Source of the DNA: Eledone cirrhosa
Taxonomy: Eukaryota
Reading direction: 5' to 3'
Assembly: GCA_964016885.1 (NCBI GenBank)
Contig: OZ024755.1
Location: 21,390,001-21,454,000, forward strand
DNA length: 64,000 bases
Position numbers and translations under genes: made by a program. Of this stretch, positions 13,001-25,000 are shown piece after piece (the first letter of the stretch is position 1; each line of letters opens with the position of its first letter). The notes below the pieces were generated by a model. The model ran no database searches. It was not told the DNA's origin and saw nothing but the letters and a program-made list of their open reading frames with translations.

Positions 13001-16000
13001 AATATTGCAGTAACAACACCAAGTGCAGCAATGCAAAACATTGCAATCTCAACATCAAATACTCTAGTAAAATCTCTTGCAGTAACAACACCAACTACGC
13101 TGGTAAAGACTGTTGCAGTAACAACACCAAATACACTAGTAAAGACAGTTGCTAGTGCAGCTGCATCATCTATTCTTACCAGTGCTCCTACTAGTTCTTT
13201 GATTAAAGCAGTTGTACCTGCTACTCCAACAACTTTACCATCAACTCCTCTATCAATATCTGCTACATCATCACTTATTGCAACTTCAGCATCTATTCCC
13301 TCTACTGCAGTATCATCGGTAGCAACTCCTATAGCCATATCTACAACACGGTCAACTGTCTCAACCATTCAAACAGTAGCTGTTACAACACCCTCAACTC
13401 CTACAGCAATCACTCCATCTCCAAAATGTACCATTCCTGTATCATTAGCAACAGCTGTCCGTACCATCCCTGCGACACTTGCAACATCTTCACTACCAAC
13501 AATCACTCTAGGCACTACCTCATCAAATGTATCTGCCATACCAATCTCTATTGTATCAAAAGACTCTTTGACTAACTCAGTTATTAACACAACTTCTCTG
13601 ACTCCATCGCAGGTGACTGTTCCTGGGGCTAAAGTTCCTGTGGCAATATCAACTTCAACATCTAGCCCTGCCATGGTAGTCTTTACGACACCTACTTCGA
13701 ATTCTCTCACAAAATCTGCTCCACTACAGACTGCTAGTGTAGACAAAACACCAATCAAGCCTGTAATAGTTAATGGTAAAAAAAGTGATGACCGTGGAAA
13801 TGAGAAAATTGATGTAGAAGGTGATAAAGAAAATACTTCTAAATCCCTTTTAGTTAATTCAGAAAATACATCCAAACAACTCTCTGATGGGTTAGTTGGC
13901 AAAAGTTTACTCCCTGCCAAACTTTCTTCTGATATATCACTGCTCCAAGCTGGTGGGTTGACAATAGCTAAAGCTACACCTGTACCTGCCGATCAGAAGA
14001 CCACTCCTGTCAGGAAGATCAGCACTGTAGCCAGTAACAGTACTGTGGCCCAATTACTCACTGCAAAACCAGCTGTAGCCCCTACCTTGACACCAGCACA
14101 AATAGCTGCCAGACATGCACTAGCTGCAATGTCTGTTGATGAACTAAAGGCTAAAATACCACCTGTAAGAACTACAAAAGATAAATTTAGGCTGCCAAAA
14201 TTTTCCAAAATTGGTAAACGGACCAAAATGTTACGTAAAAGTAGTTTGCCAGTGTGTCAAAAATTTCAAACTCCTAGCAAATCAAAAAGTATTTTTGTCT
14301 TAGAAAGTCATGAACTGAAACGGCTGGCACGGAAAGGTGGCAATATGGAAGCCTCTGGTTTTAATTATAACTGCAAAATGAACAATGTGAATTGGATTTA
14401 TCAGTGTCCACGACCTTCTTTCAAATCTGCATGGCGATATCGCACGCAAACTCTCAAATCCCTCGCAGCAGCTGGTCTGCAGCTACGGATTCTCTGGGTA
14501 TGTCTTCGGTGGGATGACATGTCTGTGAAGACACCTGCCGGTGGCACAAACACTGTTTCCACTGAAACGGAGATAACGACGACAGAGTTATTGAAAAGGC
14601 GTGATATTGGTCCATATGGACTCCGCTCCGAGTTTCTTGTACGCAAAATTGTTGTGCCAATTGGATTACCTAGTCAACAGAGAGGTTAGTTCATTTATTT
14701 GGTTTGTTTTTTATTTGTTTTAATGTTAGTATTGCTGAAGCTGCTGTCATTTAGTGAGAATGAATGTGAAACAACATGGTTGTAAACCAAACACCTTAAC
14801 CACACAGCTATATCTGCATTGTTACTGTGATAATGACAGAACTGTGTAGGAAGACTTGTTTGACCAATGCCAGCATGGGATGCGATAGGCTTCTGTCTGT
14901 CTGTCTGTTACTGTGATAATGACAGAACTGTGTAGGAAGATGTGTTTAACCAATACCAGCATGGACTGTGATAGGGTTCTGTATGTCTGTCTGTGTTACT
15001 GTGATAATGACAGATCTGTGTAGGGAGATATATTTGACCAATGCTAGTATGGGATGTGATAGGGTTCTGTATATCTGTCTGTGTTACTGTGATAATGACA
15101 GAACTGTGTAGGGAGATATATTTGACCAATGCCAGCATGGGATGTGATAGGGTTCTGTCTGTCTGTGTTACTGTGATAATGACAGAACTGTGTAGGGAGA
15201 TATATTTGACCAATGCCAGCATGGGATGTGATAGGGTTCTGTCTGTCTGTGTTACTGTGATAATGACAGAACTGTGTAGGGAGATATATTTGACCAATGC
15301 CAGCATGGGATGTGATAGGGTTCTGTCTGTCTGTGTTACTGTGATAATGACAGATCTGTGTAGGGAGATATATTTGACCAATGCCAGCATGGGATGTGAT
15401 AGGGTTCTGTCTGTCTGTGTTACTGTGATAATGACAGATCTGTGTAGGAAGATATATTTGACCAATGCCAGCATGGGATGTGATAAGATCCTGTTTGTCT
15501 GGTGATGATTTCCTAACAGCTGCAAAAGAAATAGCTTTGATTCTGTAAAACATTTCCTCAAAATAGAGATGTTATAATAAGCATGAAACCTATCTTGAAA
15601 TGAAATGAAGTTTTACAGCTTACACTTATGCAGCTTTTGTTGGCCTCCGACAAGGTTGTATCTCATAGGTTTCCTATCATAAAAAGCAATGTGAAACGAG
15701 CACAATGCGCCACCTAGTCATGGAATGGAACCAATCACCTTATGATCACGAGTTCAACACCTTAACCACTAGAACACCTTCACCCCACATAACTAACTCC
15801 TAATTATTAGCTATTTGTAATTCTTTAACCCTTTTGATACCAACCCAGCCAACAACAACTCTGGTTCTATGAAACAAACCACCCATTTTAAAACATTTCC
15901 ATTTAAATTAAAGAAGTTACTATCTCAGTAATGAAATGATTAAAAATTTTAGTAAATCCCTCAAAATTCTTCCTTAATTATTTGAAGAGTGTATTTCTTC

Positions 16001-19000
16001 ATTAGAAAAACTATCATGAAAGGGTTGAATATTGCTCTTATACAAACTCTTAATATCCTGTACCACATTAACAAGACATTCTTGAAAAGTACAAAACAAA
16101 TCTACAGTGGCACCATATTAAAAATTAAAGTATTTACTCTTTAAAGAAATAAGCTTAAATAACTTTTAACATCCTGTACATGAAGCTACAATAACAAAAC
16201 AGAACTATAACTGTGTCATATTAATATTTAAAGTCTTTACTCTAATACTGCAGACTTTTACAATGATCTGTACTCTAGTAAAGATGCTATAAACATTTGA
16301 ATTAACAAACCCATTTTTAGATATTTTCATTTCCTGCTAAATCAGGATGTTAAGGGTCAAAAGTATTAAATAATTTGCTACAATCTAAATAAAGTATAAG
16401 GGTAATCTAACAAATATTTAAACCTTTTCCTTACCATATCTTATTTTAAAAATAATAAAGAATTTGGAAAGATGCAGTAAAGCAACTAACTTTCTCATTG
16501 TTGAGTTGGTGTTTGGAACATAACAGATGCTTCTTACGTATAATTCTGAGAGTACATTTAAATATACAGTGGAACCTTGGTTCCTGAGGGCTGTTCGTCA
16601 ACTGAAATTTTTATAAATCGAAATGCTTTTTCTTCATACAAAATATTGAGAAATACAGTGAGAGAGAGAGACTATGTGGGAAAGACAGATTAGATATCAC
16701 CATAGTAACTAACTACACAGCAAGTGATGCTTTCCCACCCATACTCCTAGCTTGTTGCTGGTTTGTGTGTTCATTACTCGAGACACCATTTGTCAACTGA
16801 GACATTTTATGTTCAGAAAAATTGTTCGTTAACTGATTTGTTCATGATGAGAAGCATTTGTGAACTGATGTTCCACTGTAAATATAAACACTTTAAAATA
16901 ACCAGCTTCATATAAGAGGACCAAGGGCATTTTCAGGAGGTTAGACTATCAAAAAGGTTAAAGGCATAACTATAGATGATCTGTATGATTCTTATGACTA
17001 AAGTTTTATTAGTTTTTAAACATCTTCTGAAGGTAGTTAGTGAACAGTCACTTTGCTGAAATATTATAGCCTTGTGAGAAAACAAATAAATCAATTTATA
17101 TATACTTTGTGCACACTTGCCAGTTGTTAAGTCAGCAGTTAAAAATTAACCCTTTCATGATTGTATTTCTATTCAATTAATTGATGAATTTTGAGGGATT
17201 TACTAAAATGATTAATTTCCTTACTAAGATAGTAGCTTAATGTAGGGTTCTGGAAACCTTTAAAATGAGTGGTTTTATTTCATAGAACCAGAGCTGGTTT
17301 TGGGCTGGGTTGGTAACTAAAGGGTTAAGTGTATATCTAGTTGTTTAACCCTTTTTATTTGGAACTGCCTCCATCATAATTTTATGTAAGAATCTTTGTT
17401 ATGTTATGCTCAAAACACAGCTTAATAATGAGAAAGTTATTTTACTAAATCTCTCTAAATTCTTGACTGATTTCAAAATAGTCAGGATTTTTCATTAGAA
17501 ATACGGCAATGAAAGGGTTAAGAAACCGTAAATGAAATTACTGTTGTCTAACCCCAGCTCAACTCTGATCAAGCAGACCAAATCCTTGCAACCATCACAA
17601 TCCCATTTTAGTTTCAGACAATATATCTAGAACTACCTTATTCTCCCTTTTTTAACACAGTAGGGCATGGTTTTAAGAGTATCTAGCTGCCATTTCTATC
17701 GGGTTGAGCAACTAAAACAAAGCTTATGCAGGCCTTGCCAAAGTGAAGGTGTGGGTTATAAAAGTTCTGCCATAAAACACTACCACAAAATGTCTCATGC
17801 AACCTTTTGTCTTCATGAAAGAGTGGACGTAACAATGATGATGATGATTTCATTTGTTTTTTTGTTTGTTTTATTTTGTTAGTTTTTTTATACAAGTAAA
17901 TATCGTAACTTTTTCAGAGAAATACACTCCTCAGCGAAGTGGATTGCGTGAACGTAAGCGAGCAGAATCTCCAAAACAGACTGAACCAAGTGTTACAGAA
18001 ACCTGGACACCAGAGGAACAATTGGAATTATGGGAAATTAAACAGTTTGGAGAAAAGTAATTTCATTGAATTTTCTACTTGTTTGGTTTTGGCCATAAGT
18101 GCTTCCACTGTTTTGTCTTCTTTGTTATTTCTCAACCCTATCTTCTTTTCTCCTTGCCTTTCTGAAAACACACCTCTCTTTCTACTTCCTCTTTCTCTCT
18201 TTCAGACACACAAATACACACTCACTCACACTCTTACCATCTGTTTTCCAGCATTCCCAAGATTTTACATGAAATACACACCAGCTTTAATATAATAGAT
18301 AGCTAACAGAATTATAATATAATAGATTGAATTGTAATATATTTAGTAACATAATATAATACATTGTAATATAATATATAGTAATATAATAGATAGTTAA
18401 CAGAATATGATATGTAGTAACATAATGTAATAGATAGTTAACAGTAACATAATTAAGAATTAGTTATGCATAAATTACTCTAAATTTTAATTGAAATTAT
18501 AAACTTTGACGTTTTTTTTTTTTTTCAAGGTTGGAAAAACAGCGAGCAGCGTTACAAGAAAAGACTAGTCAGCAAGCTAGTGCTGGTGTAAGTAGCTCTC
18601 CTTCAAGCAGTGGATTGCCTCAGAATGCTGCTCAAATCAAGGCTCAAATGGAATTGCAGCTGAAACAACAACGTTTGAATCTTCAACAAAAACGGCTCTT
18701 GCAGGAAGCTGGCAAAACCAATGTTACAAGTTCTGGAGCTTCTGTGGTGTCACTTGCTTTGGGTATAAACAGTTCATCTGTACAGAAGTCTTCAAATACA
18801 CCAACAATAATAACAACACCTACTGTTATTAAAAGAGTTCAAGTGCAACCTAAAACAATACTTGCTTCACCAGGTAAATCTTTTTTTGTGTTTGATATTA
18901 GCACAGTATCATTACTTTTATTCATTGTTTAGATGGGGTTAACCCTTTAGCATTTACATTACTCTATATATACTATTGTATTTTTGTGGTAAAAGCTATA

Positions 19001-22000
19001 CCTCGCATAATTATCTCACATAATATCGAATCTATGAGATTTTGAGAACAATACCCTAACATCAGTATGAGCGTCTAGTTATGGCCAGTTTGAACAGAAA
19101 AAGTTGAATGATTTATGGCCGGTTTAAATGCTAAAGGGTTAAACTTGCGAGGTCCCATAACAAGCTTCTCTGTTTTGCCCTATTGTCTGCAACTCCCTTG
19201 CTAACCCCCCATCAAATAGTTTAACTAGTAAAAGCATCTGTGTGCGTTTGATTTCTGTCTAGCTTATACACCACTTTTCAATCTTCTTTCTGCCTGTGTT
19301 TATGTCTGTCTTCATCTGTTTGAAACTTACAATATAAGTTTACACTCAGATAAAGGAAGAAAAGCAATGATTTGCAGAGGGCGATGGGTATAGAATCAGA
19401 GATGATGAATGTTGTGAAGAGTAATGGAGTGAGAAGGTTGGGTCATGTGTTGAGGAAGGATGAAAGTGAATGGAGTGATGGGAATGAATGTGGTGGGCGG
19501 TAGTGGAAGACCAAGAAAGATATGGTTGGGATGATGGAAGGGTAAATGAAAACCAGAGGGCTGGTGGTGGTGGTGGTGGTGACGGGGAGTGCAGCCAAAG
19601 CTTGTCATGGGACCTGCATATCTAACCCTCTAAATGTTTGCTGTTGTGTTGTTGTACACAAGTTTATACTTTAAATGTTTCTTTATTTTAGCTGCTGCTG
19701 CTTTGTCAAACAGTTTGTCAGCAACTGGTGGCAGTGCCATTCGGCCAGGTGTAAAAGTTCAATTACCAGGTACCACAATCACTCTTCGCCCAACAACCAA
19801 TGTTACTCTGGCACCTAAACCAGGCACTGTGGTTTCCACAGCTAGTGGGGCCACAGCTCGGCTTATTACCCCAGGGCAGTTACAGGCCACACGAGGTAAT
19901 TTCTCATAGAATCATTTTATGACATTAAGCTGATATTACTTCATTTTCTATATTTCACTTAATTTGCTTTCTTCAGAATGGCTTGCATAGCTTTTATTTA
20001 ATGAAAGTAATCATATATATTGTGTGTGTTTATATATATATATATATATATATGGCGTCATGCAGTAATACAGAAGACCCCCCCCCCCCCCCCCTTCACG
20101 GGTACAAGCCGAAACTGAAGCATATAGACAATATGCCCCCACACCCTCCCACTGCAAAGTGGTCGTGGAGGTGCCATGGCAAAAAAGCACCCAGCCCACA
20201 CTGTAAAGTGGACGTGTAGGCGCCACGGAAAAAAAGCACCCAGCACTCACTGTAAATGAGGTTGGTGTTAGGAAGGGCATCCAGCTGTAGAAATCAAGCC
20301 AGAATCAGTTCCCGTATGAGCAAGGCATGGTCAGCCGACCGGCTACTGCTCACAGCAGGACAACCCGTCTAACCCATGCTAGCGTGGAAGAATGGACGTA
20401 AAACGGTGATGATATATATATACACACACATAGTAATACACACACATATTTAGTTTAACAAAGCTAATTAGATGTAATCCATACAGCTCTGACCATTGTT
20501 TTCTCACTCAATGGTTTTATAAGAATGTTGAATATATTCATAGAAATATGAGGGTCGCTGAAAAGTTCCTAGGCTGACCAAGATACTCTAATGGAATGAC
20601 CAAATGAGGTTTATTCTTCAACATAGTCGCTGGAAAGAAGCAATGCAGTTATTAATAAGAAGAGTTGAAATTAATGTATGCAGGATTTCACAGCTTTAGC
20701 ATCAATCTTTCGTAGTCAGCCTATGAACTTTTCAGCTGATCCTTGTATCTGAAAAATTATTTATATTTTCTGAGATTTTAGGTTTGCAATGTGATTTTAA
20801 TAACCTTATCTTGACCATTTCAGCTACTGTTCAAATCAGACCACAGGTCATTGCTCAGGGTATGCCTGGTCAAGTACAGAATGTACAAATAATCCAAGGA
20901 CCTCAAGGACAGCTACAAGTACGAGGACTCTTACCTGGTATGTTATAAATCTTATTTAAATATTCTTTTATTCTGTTGTAAAATGATATATATCTGTTGT
21001 ATTCTGCTGTAAAATCTGATATATATCTGTTGTAAAATCTGATATATATCTGTTGTAAAATCTGATATGTATCTGTTGTAAAATCTGCTGTAAAATGATA
21101 TATATCTGTTGTATTCTGCTGTAAAATGATATATATCTGTTGTATTCTGCTGTAAAATGATATATATCTGTTGTAAAATCTGATATATATCTGTTGTAAA
21201 ATCTGATATGTATCTGTTGTAAAATCTGCTGTAAAATGATATATATCTGTTGTATTCTGCTGTAAAATGATATATATCTGTTGTAAAATCTGATATATAT
21301 CTGTTGTAAAATCTGATATGTATCTGTTGTAAAATCTGCTGTAAAATGATATATATCTGTTGTATTCTGCTGTAAAATGATATATATCTGTTGTAAAGTC
21401 TGATATATATCTGTTGTAAAATCTGATATGTATCTGTTGTAAAATCTGCTGTAAAATGATATATATCTGTTGTATTCTGCTGTAAAATGATATATATCTG
21501 TTGTATTCTGCTGTAAAATGATATATATCTGTTGTAAAATCTGATATATATCTGTTATAAAATCTGCTGTAAAATGATATATATCTGTTGTATTCTGTTG
21601 TAAAATGATATATATATATATACGGTGACAGTAATATCCGCGTACGCACCCCAATCCGGACTGCCCAGCACTATAAAAGACAGATTCTATGAGACACTGA
21701 TGCTCACTACCTCCCAAATAACCGACAGTGACTATATAATTATTGCGGGCGACCTAAATGGTCACGTTGGACAACATTGTGACGGCTACGACGAAATCCA
21801 TAGAGGCTATGGGTTTGGTACTAGAAATGAGGAAGGCTCCAGAATCCTGGAATTCTGTGACGCAAATAACCTAACTATCTGCAACACTAACTTCAAAAAA
21901 ACGAGACAATCACTTGATCACCTACAGATCAGGGGAACATACCAGCCAGGTAGATTATATCCTTACCAGGAGACGTGACAGAGTGACTGTTGTAAACATT

Positions 22001-25000
22001 AAATCCCTCCCCCATGAAGAATGCACCTCCCAACATAGACTGATAATTAGCGACCTAATAGTCAGGACGAGACGTACTAGACAACAGAAGAGGACTATCC
22101 TCAGGAGAAAAATATGGAAGCTAAAGGACCCCACAGCCAAAAATAAATTTCAAAGCATATTACTTGATGCTTTCGACAGTAAGGAAGAGCATTTAGAGTC
22201 GGACAATATAGAGGGACAGTGGGAATTTCTGAAAGCAAACCTGCTGATGGCGACAGATGAAGTCTGTGGCTGGAGCAGGCCTGTTGGCAGGAGGAGAGTA
22301 ACTTGGTGGTGGAACAGTAAGGTGGAGGAGTCAATCAAGGCCAAAAAGCAGGCTTGGAAAGTATGGCGGGATGGGGGAAGTAGAGAAGACTATCAAGTGG
22401 CCAGGAGGGAAGCTAGGAGACAAGTGTACTTCACAAGAAGGGAAGCAGAGGAAAGAAAGTTCAAGCATGTTCTACAACGCGAGGACCAAAAACGTGAGGT
22501 GTTCAGGATTGCTAGGCAATGTGTCAAGGAAAACAGTGATATTGTCGGGGAGAAGTGTGTACTTAATGATGACGGCGTACTTGCCATCACCGACGCTGAT
22601 AAGAAGGTAGCTTGGAAGTGTCACTATGAAAGGCTACTAAATGAGGAGAATAAATGGGAGAAAGACAGTCTCCCCCACATCGACCCAATAGAGGGACCAG
22701 CAGTGTTAGTCGAGGGTAGTATAATAAGTAAGGCAATCAAAGATATGAAGACGGGTAAGGCGGCTGGGCCTTCGGAAATAGTTGCCGAGATGCTGAAGGC
22801 ATCTGGTACGGTGGGACACACCATGGTCACCCGGATAGTCAACCAAATCATACAGAATGGGGCTGTTCCGAAGGACTGGCGTAGCAGCATCATCGTTAAC
22901 TGTTATAAGGGTAAAGGAGATGCCCTAGATAGGAGTAACTATAGAGGCATTAAATTAATCGACCAGGTCATGAAGGTCACGGAAAAAGTAATAGCGCAAC
23001 TAATCAGAGAGCGAATTGATCTAGATGAAATGCAGTTCGGGTTTGTGTCAGGAAAAAGTACCACAGACGCTCTTTTCATTGTACGACAACTACAGGAGAA
23101 GTACCTAGCTAAAAGTAAACCCCTATACTTAGCTTTCGTCGACTTGGAGAAAGCCTTCGACAGAGTCCCCCGTTCCATTATCTGGTGGGCTCTTAGAAAA
23201 CTAGGTGTTGATGAATGGCTTGTGAGAGCTATACAAGCCATGTATAAAGAAACAGTCAGCAAGGTTAGAATTAACAACGAATATAGTGAAGAGTTTAATG
23301 TAAAAGTTGGTGTTCATCAGGGCTCTGTTCTTAGCCCCCTACTATTTATTATTGCCCTCCAGGCTATAACAGTGGAGTTCAAGACCGGCTGCCCATGGGA
23401 ACTCCTATACGCAGATGATCTAACGCTCATAGCTGAATCAATGGCCGAGCTAGAGAAGAAATTCCAAACATGGAAGCACGGCCTAGAATCAAAAGGCCTT
23501 AAAATTAACCTGGCTAAGACTAAAGTTCTAGTTTGTAAGAAAAAAAATAAGGCGGCGGTCCTCTCTGGGAAGTGGCCATGCTCAGAGTGTAGGAAAGGCG
23601 TAGGTAGAAACTCCATTTTATGGCCCAAATGCAAAGTTTGGGTGCATAAAAGATGTAGTGGGATCACAGGTAAGCTAACTAAGAACATAGATTTTACATG
23701 TGGCCGGTGTTCTGGGGCAATAAGTAGCAGCAAGTGCCCACAAAATACTAGCTCTTTCAACTGCGCAGAGGGTTCTATAGAAATAGTGGACAGCTTCCGT
23801 TACCTGGGTGACAAAATCAGCAGTGGGGGAGGGTGCTCTGAAAGTACAGTAGCTAGAGTCAGAACTGGGTGGAAAAAGTTCAGAGAGCTCATACCACTAT
23901 TAGCCGCTAAAGGGTTCTCCCTAAAAATGAAAGGCAGGTTGTACGATGCCTGCATACGAACAGCAATGTTGCACGGCAGTGAGACCTGGGCATTGTGTGC
24001 AGAGGATATACGCAGACTAGAGAGAAACGAAGCTTGCATGCTCCGCTGGATGTGTAATAGTAATATACGTGAACGGCAAAGCATAAACGAACTAAGGAAA
24101 AAATTAGAAATAAGAGGGATCAGATGTTGTTTACTCGAGAGAAGGCTACGTTGGTATGGTCACGTGATGCGCATGAAGGACGATAGCTGTATAACAAAGT
24201 GCAGGGCAATAAAGATAGACGGTAGCCACGGTATAGGCAGACCCAGAAAAACCTGGGACGAGCTGATAAATTCCAACCTCACACACTTCCACCTCACCAA
24301 GACAATGTCACTGGACCGAGACCTTTGGCGGTACTCAGTAATAGAGAAGACCCGCCTTACCTAAATACAAAGTAAAACCTACTACAGTCAGTAGGCATCT
24401 CTAACAAAATACACCCCCGTCCCACCACCCCCACCCCATCCACACCGCCCCTTTCAATGTAAAGTTATGTTGGTGCCACAACATCCAGGCCGAAACAAAT
24501 GAGATCGTGTAGGTGTCATGTCAAAAAAACACACAGTTCACGCTGTAATGTGGCCGTGTAGGCAACACGGTAAAAACCTCCCAGCCCCACACTGTAAATG
24601 TGGTTGGTGTTAGGAAGGGCATCCAGCTGTAGAAAACCCGCCAGACAGTCCTATGCGAGCAAGATAACCACTCTTGCCTCAAGTGGGAAAACCCTCCGTC
24701 CAAACCCATGCAAGCATGGAACACGGACGTTAAACGATGATGATGATGATATATAAGCAAAATGAATAAATGGAGGAGTTGCAGGTCGTTTGGAACAAAA
24801 TTTTACTTCTTACATGATGTTTCACCTACCCCACAGCCAGTAACTTTGTTTACATATATGTAAGTTGTTACAGCAGGTATAGGATCTTCAGAGAAGATGT
24901 AGTTGTTTATACAGAGGCCAATTGAAGTTGGTCTAACCAACCAATATGCCGTTGTAGTATCTGGCCTTAATAATCATATTTAAATTTGCCCTACAGATCT

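Noticed and set aside
11947-13920. Long antisense ORFs (473 aa and 183 aa)
   Set aside because: Shadow frames of the repetitive BPTF exon, whose codon usage rarely creates antisense stops.
14908-15561. Repetitive ORFs on both strands
   Set aside because: By-products of an 84-bp (multiple of 3) intronic minisatellite with no splice support.
20903-21717. 248-aa and 249-aa minus-strand ORFs
   Set aside because: Translations of the 110-bp minisatellite.
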